A stretch of 63,978 bases of DNA, counting the filler, from Xylographa opegraphella (taxonomy: Eukaryota), in assembly GCA_022813865.1 (NCBI GenBank). It is 3 parts of 3 records of this genome, joined end to end, with 100 filler letters (N's around TTAATTAATTAA, not from the genome) between each part and the next. Parts side by side here need not be neighbours in the genome. Positions count along the whole stretch, not along the records: positions 24,777 to 48,867 come from JALDZX010000128.1; 2 more parts are not named here. One strand, 5' to 3'. Positions 25,825 to 37,862 of this stretch are shown in pieces. Position 1 is the first letter of the stretch. Each line of letters opens with the position of its first letter. The translations under genes were made by a program, and so were the position numbers. The notes beneath the pieces are model-generated. The model saw only the letters and a program-made list of their open reading frames with translations, was not told the origin of the DNA and did no database searches.

Positions 25825-26997
25825 ATGAGCAAAGCTTCGCCGCTTAGACTGTTCTTGCGATTGTTCTGTCTTCTTGCATTTATATGCTACACAGAAGCTT
25901 ACACAACGCTGAGCGACGACGCACTTCGAGCTCTCCCGGGCCCGGGTGACGATTTCAATATCAAGACCGGATTCCTTCTGTCTCCAATCCTAATTCCACG
26001 CGTCTCAGGGAGCGACGGCTCTATATTAGTGCGGGAGCATTTGGTAGACTTCTTCAAGACCAGCTTGCCGAAATGGACAATATCCTTGCAGAATTCTACT
26101 TCGAAGACGCCCGTAACCGGGGACAGAGATGTTCCGTTTGTCAACATTATAGCCACTCGGGACCCTCCCTGGTCTCAGCCTGGTGGTGTTGGCCATCTTA
26201 CACTGGTTGCTCATTACGACAGCAAGTTCACTCCGTCCGGATTCATTGGGGCAACTGATAGTGCTGCGCCGTGTGCAATGCTTATGCATGCGGCTCGCAG
26301 CGTTGATGTGGCTCTGACTAAAAAATGGGAAGCCATGCAGCAGGCTGGTATAGATCCCGGAGAATTTCTTGGGATGGAGGACGACATGGGAATACAAATA
26401 ATATTTCTGGACGGTGAGGAAGCTTTCCAGAGCTGGACAGCTACCGATTCGCTCTATGGCGCGAGATCCCTGGCTGCGGAGTGGGAACATACAGCTCATC
26501 CGGCACTATCCACGTTCAAGAATCCGCTCTCGGCAATATCGCTGTTCGTGCTCCTCGATCTCTTGGGCGCCAAAAATCCTAGAGTTCCGTCATATTTTAA
26601 GATGACCCACTGGGCATATAGAAACATGGCTATTCTCGAGCAGCGGCTACGGTCTCTCTCGCTTTTCGAATCATCTCCAAACTATCCACACAAAGACCCT
26701 AATAGGCATGAGCCAGTGTTTCTGCCCGACTTTGATAAAGATACGAATCGGTGGATGGGCGGAATGGTTTTAGATGATCATGTACCTTTCATGGAGCGTG
26801 GCGTCGATATCTTACACATTATACCTACACCCTTTCCACGTGTCTGGCATGAGATGGATGATGATGGAGATCATTTGGATCTTGCAATTGTCAACGATTG
26901 GACGAAACTTATGATAGCGTTTATTGGGGAGTGGATGGACTTAGAGGGCTACTTTGTGTACAACAAGAAAAGGGATACCATTAAATCGGAGTTGTAA
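25825..26997 (+). CDS. Glutaminyl-peptide cyclotransferase (peptidase M28 fold), with signal peptide
   Basis: AHYDSK, FIGATDSAAPCA, FLDGEEAF, DSLYGAR, LLDLLG, DDHVPF, PFPRVWH; intronless; ends KSEL. Confidence 0.93.
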   Translation: MSKASPLRLFLRLFCLLAFICYTEAYTTLSDDALRALPGPGDDFNIKTGFLLSPILIPRVSGSDGSILVREHLVDFFKTSLPKWTISLQNSTSKTPVTGDRDVPFVNIIATRDPPWSQPGGVGHLTLVAHYDSKFTPSGFIGATDSAAPCAMLMHAARSVDVALTKKWEAMQQAGIDPGEFLGMEDDMGIQIIFLDGEEAFQSWTATDSLYGARSLAAEWEHTAHPALSTFKNPLSAISLFVLLDLLGAKNPRVPSYFKMTHWAYRNMAILEQRLRSLSLFESSPNYPHKDPNRHEPVFLPDFDKDTNRWMGGMVLDDHVPFMERGVDILHIIPTPFPRVWHEMDDDGDHLDLAIVNDWTKLMIAFIGEWMDLEGYFVYNKKRDTIKSEL

Positions 26998-27632
26998 GTA
27001 CGTCTACATAACGTGCCCCGGCTAATCATCGTGCTAATTGTTGTGGAGGTCTTGAGAGAGGGCGTCGTCTGCATCAAAATCGACATTTCGATTACTTGGG
27101 GTGTGTGTAAATACAGTGTACGATTAGGGAGCAACATAGCTGAAATACGGAAGATGACGGTCGATCTAGAATCACCAAGCAATACTAGAGCATAAAGTTT
27201 CGAGCAATAACGAAACATCAGATGTGGAATCCTTACGCAAGGCTAGATCCTGTTGGTGCTTCCGATCTGAACTATCGGACCTAGCGTCGTGACAAAGAGC
27301 ATGATCGAATGTCGTTCTAGCTTCTCTATCAGAAGTGAGTTACTTTCCGCTGTTCTACACATGCAATGTGTTGCCACGTTCCACGGATGGGTGTGACTAC
27401 ATCGACCCGTTGTTAAGCGAAATATGTCTTGGCATCAGATAGACTCATCTCTTGAACCGCCGAACGTTCCAATTTCCGCATAACACTATCCGGTCATCAT
27501 CTTGCACTTTTGCTTTTCATCATCCTTCACCACCATCCTTCTTCAACATACTTCTCACTCCACCTTCCACACCGCATACCGGACCAAACCAAACATAACC
27601 AAACTACATCAACACACTGCATTCTGTCCAAC

Positions 27633-29068
27633 ATGAGTTTCACACCAGGGGACATCAAGTACCTTGTACATGCTTGGAAGTGTATGGATAGCGTACCTAA
27701 GGTAAATATTGTCTATTAATGAGGAAATCTTGAGCATGCTGTGCTCCGTAATGCTTATGCGTCTTTTTTGCTTTTATCACAATTGCCATATCAGCTTGCG
27801 GCATCGACTCGACTCACTGTCACATTAATAGAGTGGATGCTTTATCAAAGTATCCTCATTGCTATGCATACGTGCTCTCAGAGCCCTATACACAAGCACT
27901 GGACCTCAGCACCTATCACAACAGCTTTACGGGCTTCCGCATTTCCTTAGTTGCTGCTATTATCTATTTTAGATCTTCACATCCATTGTACTTCTGTCTT
28001 TCATAGATAATTGATGTGCTTGACTGTCGCAATGAGATACCCGAGACATCTCTCACTATCTGCACTCTTAAAGAAATAATGTCATCAGAAGCTTCATCTT
28101 TCACTATAAACTGACATATTTTATAGGTGGACTTCACGAAGCTTGCCAAAGAAGTCGGAATCGCCAATTCAAAAGCTGCCAACAACGCGTATCGCGCCGC
28201 TATCAACAAGATTAATGATGGTGTCGTTGTGCCCGCAGTAAGCTTTGCGGCTGCCCAAGGCAAAAAATCCAACGAAGCCAACACCGGCTCTGCAACCAAA
28301 GCCAAATCCCGAGTCGCCCCAAGCCCGGCCAAAGCCAAGTCTGATGCTATCATCTCAGTCGAATCCGACACCAGCGACGCCGACATGGGCAACACCATCG
28401 ATCACGACAACGGCACCGATGCCGACGTCGACACGCCTATCGCCAGCGCCACGCCCACCGCCAACGCCACGAAGAGACGCGCCCGCAAAGCCCCTGCAGA
28501 TTCCGCGCTCGATGTCGAAGGCAACCCCAAGACCCCGACCGCCAAGCGTGCCCGCGTGCAGAAAGCGCCCGCACTCGACGTCAACGGCACCCCCGTCAAG
28601 CCTGCGACCCGCACTCGCAAGCCCAAGGAGCAGCGCGACGAGAACGGCAACGCCAAACCGGTCCGCGCTCGCAAGGCCCCGGTCCCCAAACTCGATGCTA
28701 ACAGCGTGGAGATCCCGGTGAACAAAGGCGGCCGCAAGAGCAAGGCTCAGATCGCGGCGGAGGCGAAGGCGAAGGCCGATCAGGAGGAACTCCTCGCGCG
28801 CACTGAGGCGGAGGAGCAGCAGGAGGACGAGGACCTGTCAACCACCGTGCTGAATGTTTTTGAGCAGAAGGCGGTTGAGCTCGGGGGTGAGGATGAGGGG
28901 GCGGTGGTGGTGACGAAGGAGGAGACGGTTGAGGGTACGGTGGTGGTGATGGAGAATGGCGCTGGTGGTGGGAGCGACGACGCGGAGATGCTTGGCGACG
29001 ATGAGGTGGATGAGGGGGGCGCGGAAATGGATGCCGAGCACCACAGCGACGGGCCTATCGATGTCTGA
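27633..29068 (+). CDS. Small helical (Myb-like) N-terminal domain protein with basic repeats and acidic tail; putative DNA/chromatin-binding
   Basis: Exon 1 27633-27701 (MSFTPGDIKYLVHAWKCMDSVPK) spliced over a 425-nt GT-AG intron to 28127 (VDFTKLAKEVGIANSKAANNAY); K/R/P-rich repeats; GGRKSK. Confidence 0.65.
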
Positions 29069-29713
29069 GAATGGGTAAACTCCCCTTCCCAACTTCCTGT
29101 TTTCCAACGTACGCACGCTCTGTATCGGTCTGAACGAGGACGGACATGCGCCGGTACTACTACGACAACATCTCCAGCACTTTCGCTTACGGGTCCCTCT
29201 GGTGTACCTATGTTTGTTGGAAAACGGAAGGAAATGGGGACAACACTGTTACTCGAACAAATCACCAACGGGCCTTTTTTCTTTTTTTCGCACCTTGCGC
29301 GTGTTCGGATGCCACCAAATGGAAGGGGGATGGGGCTTCGTAGCGTTTGGGTTTCTTTTTTGATCATTTGCGGATTATCATGGCGGTTTGGACAGGGGTC
29401 ACACAATGCGGGACAAGCTCAGGTTAGGTGGTATTGGCGAATAGTGCCTAGAAACCCTAACAAGAACCATAGAGTTAAAAGCTTCCGGGGAATGACGATA
29501 AATAAGCTCGGGTATCTTGCTTTTGTGTGAATGAGAGTGACAAACGCAACAACTTTCCAGCGGCCAGACAAAAGACATCGTTTCCAAAATTAAAAACAAG
29601 CCCGCTAAAGCGAAGGATGATACGGAATGCCCCCTTCTAGGCTGAAATCGCCACATAAGAATATCAAAAGCTCGCTCAGTAAACCTGACTCTGACTATTG
29701 CACACAGAGATCC

Positions 29714-32700
29714 TCACAGCCCTTCTATAGCCCTTCTCAGCACATCCAGCGCCCTCATCCCGACACCATTCTCTTCTTTCAACATCCAAGCAACATCACT
29801 CTGTACACCGAGCGGGACCCAGCAGCCCATCCTTGCCGTCTCCAAGCTTTCCTTCAAGCGACTCGTATGTTCCCATTCCCGGGCGGCAACCTCCGCCCGC
29901 TCAATCACCTTGCTTGGAATGCCGCACATGGCAGCACAATGCATGCCGAAACTGCCCTCCGCAACGCCATCTTCCAGCTTGTACAGGAACGTGATCCGCT
30001 TCTCCTTGTCGTCGACGTGGATACGCATGCGCTTGTTTTGGATCTCCGGGTGGCTGGCGAACTCCTCCGCGAGACTGTGGTAGTGTGTCGCGAAAAAGCC
30101 GATGCAGCCAATATGGGTGGCGATGTGATGAAGGACTGCCTGAGCGACCGCCACACCGTCGTAGGAGCTTGTGCCTCTACCTAGCTCGTCGAGGATGACC
30201 AGCGAGCGAGGTGTTGCCTCGGAGAGTATTTTCTTTGTTTCGGAAAGCTCTACAAAAAAGGTGGATTGAGCAGCGAATATGTTGTCATTTGCCCCTAGAC
30301 GAGACATGATTCGATCAACAGGAGTGAGGCGAGCAGAGACGCAGGGAACGTAGCAACCGACTTGGGCCATAATAACGGCAATACATGTCTGAAAACGATT
30401 AGCAATAAAGTATGGTTGTAACTGTGAGTAAAACTTGCCATCCTCAGTATGGTTGACTTTCCAGCTGCGTTCGCTCCGGTTAGCAGATCGATGTTTGGAC
30501 TGTCACCACCCAACCTGATATCGTTTGGAATGAAGTCTGTCACATTCGACAACATGCATGGGTGTCTGAGGTCCTCGAATTCCATGACACTCCGCTCATC
30601 ATTGACAAAGACTGGTCTGCACGCGGGTTCTCCAAGAGACGCTGAAGCTTTGGCTAAACTGATCAAGCAATCGAGCTGTGCAATGATCTTTACCGCCGCC
30701 AACCATGTTACGTAGTCTTGGTCAAAGCGAGCATAGAATCGACCAGCAACTTCCTTGACAATTTGGCCATGTGTTTCTCGTGCTTCCTGAAGCTGACGGA
30801 CGAGATCCCGTAATTCTGGGCTGTAGTATCGCTTGACTTGCTTTGTAGCGGACATCTGATCCCAATCTTTGGGAATGCCTTTGACTTTGATGGGCACTTC
30901 AAGCTGAAATATCTCTTTTCCATTATCTCGGTAGCATATGGCGGTGGATCCAAGACTGCGTCGAGTCTCCTTCAGCAGGGAATCTAACTCGCTCATGATC
31001 TCATCAATCCGAGTTTGACTGTCGTCAAAGTCTTCCTCCACACCTGGTTCAGGTACCAGAATCCCATCTTTGCTGGCCTGACTGCGATCAAACGCAGTCT
31101 TCCAAGGCTTCAAAGTGGCAGCCAAGTCAGGCATAGAAGATATCAAGAGTCCAATGACACCTTCACCAGAGCCAACTTCTGAGAGCAAGCTTACTGTATA
31201 CTCGATCTGCTCAAAACCTTCAAGCACACGAACGAAATCTTGAGCTTTGCAGGAACCAGCATGGATACGAGAAATGAGGCGTTCAAGATCCGGCATTTTG
31301 GTGAGCGAGGAAGTGAATTGGTCTCGTATGGATGTGTCCGCGTTAAGAGACTCCACAGCATCAAGTCGAGCATTGATTCTGATAGGATCTACAAGAGGAT
31401 GGCAGACCCACTGCTTAAACATTCTCTTGCCAAACGGAGTGATGCAGCGATTAAGGAGCATAAACAAGGTCCCATCGACTCCTCCATCAAAGGAATTTGC
31501 GAAGATCTCTAGGTTTATCAAAGTTTGACCATCAAGCACAAGAGTGCTTGCCTTGAGAATAGGGTCGTACCACGTAAAGTTAGCCAATGTTATGAGATCA
31601 CGATCGAGTTTAAGAGTGCGTAAGTAATGGACCAGTGCACCAAATGCTGAAATCAACAGTTCCTTATCCTTGGCGTCTCGTAGAACTTTAGGCCAGGCTT
31701 CGGCATTATCTCGATCCGGTGATAAGAAATAACCACTGGCGTCAATCTCACGAGAAGTAGTATCTGCAGTCCAGAATTCCTTACCGGGTTTTAAGTGGTT
31801 CCAGATTGTGGTCAAACCGGTATTGTTCTTCAAGATCCTCAAAGCTTTCATCGAAAGCCCGGATTTTTCGAGTATTAGTTCTTGAGGTCTAATTTGAGCA
31901 ACGAACGTCTCGAACTTCGTCATATCAACATCGTCCACGAATTCGGTCAAGAAGAACTGTCCGGTAGCAGCGTCAACGAAGGCTATACCAAAAGCTGGGG
32001 TGTCATCCACGGTTGACTCCTTTATAGCTACACAGTATGTCGACATGTCATCCTGCAGCATACCACCGTCTACCAGGGTACCAGCCGTTAAAATGCAAGC
32101 AAGTTCTCGACGAATAACTTTGGCTTCCTTGGCGGATTTTTTGTTGGTCGAATCATCTCGTTCACGCATCTCCTTACTCAATGCAGACTCCATTTGATCC
32201 ACGCGGGCAATTTTATAGCCTTTTGCCACAAATTGGTTTGCCCAGTGATCAAGGCTCATTTCAGGCACACCTACCATTCGCATATTGACACGATCTGTAA
32301 GTTTCAGATCGAAGAGTTGATGGCCAATTGTGGCGTCATTCTCGTACAGCTCGTAGAACTTGCCTTTCTTGAAGAAAACGATGGTATCCCAGAGGTTTTG
32401 TTTGATTTCCCAATACTGCTTCTCGAATGGGGAGAAGTTTGTCCAGGCAAGTGGTGGTATATAAACTGTCCTTGGATCATAATTTGGATGGTCCGGACGA
32501 TTCCTGTCAGCATCGGCAAGATTAGCCAGCCACGAATAGCGTTGGTCGGGCTCCGTTGTATGAGCCTTTTGCTTGAACTTTTTGTTGGGCCCGTCGGCAG
32601 TTCTCGGCGTGGCTTTCACAGGTCGATACTGGGAAGACGGAACTTCGTCCGGGTCATATGACCACTGTTGCGCAGTTGCTACCGCTGGCATTTCAAAATC

Positions 32701-33534
32701 ATCCTGCACTGGTGTATCTAACGGATAAGTCTCGGTGCAAGAGCTTTTGCGAGACTGCTTAGCACTGCTTCTCTTCCTCTTCCGTATTGGAATCTCGTCC
32801 TCGGAGTTGTCAGGTACGATGAAGTCATCTAGATAATCATAGGTCAGCACGTAAACGGAAGGCTGGTATCCGGTTAATGAATTACCTTCATCTATCTCTT
32901 CCGCCATAGCTTCAGAGTGCTGCGAATAGTCCTCTTCGTCACTGATATCCCGAGTCTTTCTCCGCTTCAATGCACGACCCCTGGTTTTGTTAACGCGAGG
33001 AGCTGGTACGAACGCCTCCTCCTCATCGTCTTCGTTTTCATCATTTGATTCAACATAATTGACAACCTTCTTTGCCTGCATGAGCTATCAGCTATGGTTC
33101 CACGTGCTTACAAGAGGATTCGGGAAAATTACTTTTCGTGACGGACTGGTAAAGCTAGTGTGAGGGGCCACATCCTCAAGACCATTGCTTTCACTCGCAG
33201 GAGTGACTGGTGACGGCAATCCAATTACACTTCGGCCATTGGAGTTCGCTGTGATTGATGGCTCTTGCTCGTCCTCCGGGGCATCGCTACTTGGAGCCGG
33301 TGTCAGACTTTGGCTGGCCGTAGTGGAGGATCTTTGCACCAACTTCTTTTTGCTTGAAAGGCCTGGAGCGATAAGTCCTGGTTTGGGTTTCGAAGCACCG
33401 TTTATGTTCGGCTGCAGTGCTCCAGTAGCTCGTTTCTGGAAAAAACCAAGAATAGATTTCTGGTTTTTGCTGGACTGAGAAGAAGTCGATTTCTTCAGAG
33501 TAGCCGGGAGTTTCGAGCTGGCTTCTTCAGACAT
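29714..33534 (-). CDS. MSH6: DNA mismatch repair protein Msh6
   Basis: PIP box QKSILGFF, FFKKGKFYELYE, LTGANAAGKST, STFFVEL, DELGRGT, FATHY; introns 33076-33132, 32829-32885, 30389-30438 (GC-AG). Confidence 0.97.
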
Positions 33535-33665
33535 GACGCTCGAGCCAGTTAGTAGATACAATTCACGGAATCAATTGCTGTGTCTGACGTGCAAACTCGT
33601 GAAAACAAAAAGTTCGAACGAGTCTGATTTCGGAGATAGAAGGACGGAACTTTGGGGGACGTGAC

Positions 33666-33699
33666 CGCGTTACGCGATAACGCGCCAGATTAGCCCTAA
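33666..33699. promoter_or_regulatory. Three MCB-like ACGCG boxes and a TAGCCCTAA (Tbf1-like) box in the MSH6/RRN9 divergent promoter
   Basis: cgcgt 33666-33670, acgcg 33672-33676, acgcg 33680-33684; tagccctaa 33691-33699. Confidence 0.5.
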
Positions 33700-33940
33700 G
33701 ATACGCTAAACCACTTGCGAATATGAGAACCACGACTCTTAAGCTATTGGTATGACCTTTCAAGTATCATTCATACTGTCCAGCTACCCCAAGATTCGCC
33801 CATCAATAGCTTCTAGAAATCTGGAATTTTGGCGCAATTGAATATGTACACCGGGGTTTCGATGGGCTGGCAGCAGCATCCCGCTTCCCTTATTTTCAAC
33901 AACCCAGTATCTTAGCTGGTCGCTCAGATGACAGCTTGAC

Positions 33941-35467
33941 ATGTCTTCATCTCCACCATTTACATCTGCTCAGCCCAGAGGCACCCTGCTCGAGACAGAG
34001 GTTGAAGATCTCTCTTCTGACGACTCACTCTACGAAACTTCAGGCACAGACACCGAGCAATTCGAGAAGAAACCTACCAAGAGATCGGGCAAGCGACCAA
34101 GCTCTACAGGGAAGCTTCGGCGGGGCTCATCTACGGGTGGTGATGAACCACCTCTAAAGAAATCCATCCCTCACTCTACATGGCTGAGTCGGACTGCCCC
34201 CGACAGAGCCATTTCAGATAGTCTTGACCAATCAAGAGCACGAGATCTCAGCATACATCTGTACAATGCTCATGCACTTAAGAGACGAGCGAGACTAGCG
34301 AAATTGACGCCTGAAGGGTCACGTAACAAGGATTCGCTGTGGCAGCCTCCCAAACACTGGACAGCATGGCCGTTACCTAGGAATGAGGTACCCCAAGTAA
34401 AGAAAGCAATTTGGGCTGACGTAGAAGACGACGAGAAAACCTGGCGTAGTCTTGACTATCCAAACAGTCGAAGTGGTGAATTATGTGAACAATTGCTTGG
34501 CGTGGTCCTGAAGACAGCCAAGGAGAGATTTTTGGCTGAGGACTTTAATCGTGAGACTGATAACAACTCCACACCTCACGGACGTACAAGCAGCAATCAT
34601 GCTTCAGCCTCAACAAGTCGAGCTGCTACCGAGACCGAAGCTTCCGTGTCCGGCTCTGACGAAGACTTTGCAGAAGAATTAAAAGGCACCTCCCCGAAAC
34701 AGCCCTCCAGATGTCAAAGCGAGGACTCACTATACTCTGACGAAGTCAATCCAGATTCCATCAATGATCATGCGATTCACCATAAGTCGAAAGATAGCGG
34801 GAAAATCAAGCAACCCAACAGGCCTGTCGCGCCTTCTGATGACCCTAGACTCCAGAGCCTGAAACCCGTCATTATGGCTGACGAAGAAGTGGCCCGCTCG
34901 ATCCTCCAGCCCTCGATCCACCACATAATCTCAAAACTCGACACCCTCCTCATGGGCCTACACCACGCGCGCCGAGCCAGCCAAAGGGTCAACGACGACA
35001 GCGCCAGCGAGACCCATACAGATCCGGATGACGATCAATCTCAAGCCCCAACCCGAGCCCAGAGTCGATCCCGCTCCACTCACAGCCGAAAACGCATTGT
35101 TCCCCGACGCCAACCCTCCCAATCTCGATCCCGCGCACCCTCGGAAGCCGCTGATTCAGGCATGTCCACCTCGGAGTCCAGAAGCTCCTCCCGCCCACCA
35201 GCAAAGCGAGCCCGGAGATCTTCGTCCCCAGCCTCCAAAGCACGGCGTACCCGCCGTCAAAGAGCTCGACTGGGCCTGCGAGATTGGAGCGACGTATTGG
35301 GCATCGCGGCGATGCAGGGATGGGACCGGGAGGTGATAGACGCGGCTGCCAAACGGTGCGCGGCGCTCTTTCAAGAGGGGATGGATTTCCGCGTCGTGGA
35401 TGGGTTGGAGGTGGACGAGTTCTCCTATCTGCCAGTAGGCATGACGAAGAAACCCGAAGGAGCATGA
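33941..35467 (+). CDS. RRN9: RNA polymerase I upstream activation factor subunit Rrn9-domain protein
   Basis: DLSIHLYNAHALK...PPKHWTAWPLP and GLRDWSDVLGIAA..GW...I..AA.RCAALF.E.M motifs. Confidence 0.8.
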   Translation: MSSSPPFTSAQPRGTLLETEVEDLSSDDSLYETSGTDTEQFEKKPTKRSGKRPSSTGKLRRGSSTGGDEPPLKKSIPHSTWLSRTAPDRAISDSLDQSRARDLSIHLYNAHALKRRARLAKLTPEGSRNKDSLWQPPKHWTAWPLPRNEVPQVKKAIWADVEDDEKTWRSLDYPNSRSGELCEQLLGVVLKTAKERFLAEDFNRETDNNSTPHGRTSSNHASASTSRAATETEASVSGSDEDFAEELKGTSPKQPSRCQSEDSLYSDEVNPDSINDHAIHHKSKDSGKIKQPNRPVAPSDDPRLQSLKPVIMADEEVARSILQPSIHHIISKLDTLLMGLHHARRASQRVNDDSASETHTDPDDDQSQAPTRAQSRSRSTHSRKRIVPRRQPSQSRSRAPSEAADSGMSTSESRSSSRPPAKRARRSSSPASKARRTRRQRARLGLRDWSDVLGIAAMQGWDREVIDAAAKRCAALFQEGMDFRVVDGLEVDEFSYLPVGMTKKPEGA

Positions 35468-36020
35468 CTTGTCGAGGTATGCACGGAGGTGGAAGTTTGC
35501 GCGGCGGTATGTGACGCTTACGCTCACCCGTTGTTCTCAGCTGCTGGGACGGATGATGGTCGGAACAGTTAGCAGATGTCTTCTACTGGAATCAAACACT
35601 GAACCGCCTCAAGAGCATGACCATACCACTCCTCCAGTTCTCAGTGACATCGTCTACATCGTTGAGATCGTACAATAATTGTACACAACATAGATGACAT
35701 GGTTTCGAGAAAAACAATCAATGAACACATCCATTACCCAGCTGTCTAATCGCAAATTGTTATTAAAGCTATACTTATACAAGCCACCTGAGTCATTCAG
35801 ATCCTAGTCTAGATGCCAGATCTATTTCTGCTTCCCGGTTTTGAATCTGCATTACACAGACAACCGCAATTCTCTTTTAGGGGCAACGTCTCATCCAGGA
35901 TCTGAACTTCCGGTGCTGCAGCCATGTTCAGGAAGTCAAGCAAAATTGCCTAATACCCTCGCCACCTGACCCTTTGATCTCATCGAACACACCCAAAGCC
36001 ACACCGCGCTCATGCCAGTC

Positions 36021-37862
36021 TCAAATCACCCTCGATCGTACTCTCACTCGTAAGTCCTCCCCACCCACCGCGTCCATGACACCGAGAGTCGGCTTGGTCC
36101 TGTCCATCTCCGGGATCCCCTTTGCGACATCGTCAAGCTCCACCTCATAGCACGTCAAGATCACCGCCGACAGCGCCAAGACCTCCCTGCGCGCGAGAAA
36201 CCTTCCCGAGCAGTACGTAATACCGCCGCCAAACGGCCTGAAGAACGCACTGTTCGCCAGTTCTTTATTATCAAGGAAGCGGGAGGGATTGAAACTGCGG
36301 GTTTCGGGCCCGAAGTAGCCTTCATCGTAATGGAGCTGGCGGTAGGGGATCAGGATCTTGGCCGGTGGGGAGAGGGTAAGGCTGTCGATTGTGGTAGCTA
36401 CGTCGACGTTACGCGCGGAAGAGGCGCCGGTGCAAAGTCGGAGGGTCTCGTTGAGGCATGCATCCAGTAGCGGGCACTGGTCGACGAGGTACTGCACGTC
36501 TATAGAGTCTTTCGAGATAGCCAGGGCTACTTCCTCTCTAATTTTTTTGAGTAGTGCGGAATCACGGATGATGTGAGCGAGAAGCCAGAAGCAGATTTTG
36601 GAGTGATTTGCATTAGCTCTGACGAGCGCATTAGCGGGTGGATGTGGGTATGAGCAGCGAGCAGGAGAAAAGAACGTACGACCAGAACAACCCTTGTGCT
36701 GCAATGCCGATGTCTCGGTCACTCATCTCTGCTTTTCTTTGCTTGGCTTCCACCGTTTTGATATAATGGCACGGCTGTCTCTTTGTCGCTGGAAGCTGGA
36801 AATATCGAGTGAACGCTTCCGCACCCTTGTCAAGAGCGCTGAACATGGGCCCTGCCAGGGGCCGAGGGTATTGATACAGTAACATCCAACTGTTGGCATC
36901 GAACTGATGGAAGTCGTCCAGCAGACTAGGTTCGAGCTCAAGTAGTACGTTGCCAAAGAAAGCCTCCACGGTAGCATGGCCTAGAACATATTCGCACCAC
37001 TTGCGTACAGAAACCACTTTCTGATCGGTATTTGATTCGACCTTGCAGACTTCAGGGATGTTCTCCCATTTCATCTGTCGCTTTATGTGTTTGACATATG
37101 TGGTAATAAGATCGTCTAAGTGTCCACCGGGATGCAGCTGTTCCCGCTGGACCCCCATTCCAAGATGAGCTTCCTTCTGATCGGTAGGCTGTTTGCTCGT
37201 GACGTCTTTTGATGCTTGGGCACCAAACATCTTTGCCCGCCCTTCGGTCGACATGCCGAGAGACATGTACATGTCCTTGATGAAGCCCTCAAATGTTAGG
37301 GTATCCGGGTGTTTGTAGACTGTGGCGACGTCCTTTGGTGAGGTGATGATATACATCTTTTGCCCGGCGATCATAATTGAGAATATCTCACAGGTGTTTT
37401 TGAAGTAATACCTATTGTTTAGTCAGTCGGCCAGCTGCTATTCGTGAGTGTTGTGTTTCGAATTGCCAAAATGCTTTACTGTGTAGCAGGGAAGTCTTAC
37501 CTCCCATATGTCAAAAGCCCTTCCGAATCCTTGAAGAAAGCTATAGCATGTCCTGTTTTAACAGAATGTCCCAAGTCAGTAGAAGATCCATCAACACGAC
37601 ATTCCCAACAGGGAAATACTGACCCACGACTGCAATATTATGTTAGGTATCACAACAAAGACTTAAGCGTCAGGAACGGCGACTCACAAGGTATCCAGTA
37701 CGGAAGCTCTGCAGGCCCGCCAGGCGTAAAGGTTGGCAGTAGAGTGAAACGCCATAGTCTCCAAAGAAGCAATGAGCCTCCCAAAGCTGTCACGACCTTG
37801 GTGAAAGTCACCAAAGGTCCATTGATCTCATTTAATGCGGAGAAGGCACCGGCCAAAGCCAT
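36021..37862 (-). CDS. Cytochrome P450, CYP7/CYP8 (cholesterol 7-alpha-hydroxylase/prostacyclin synthase)-like
   Basis: N-terminal TM, ELPYWIPFVGH, ETLR, FNPSRF, heme motif PFGGGITYCSGRFLA; 5 exons including micro-exon 37624-37629. Confidence 0.92.
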
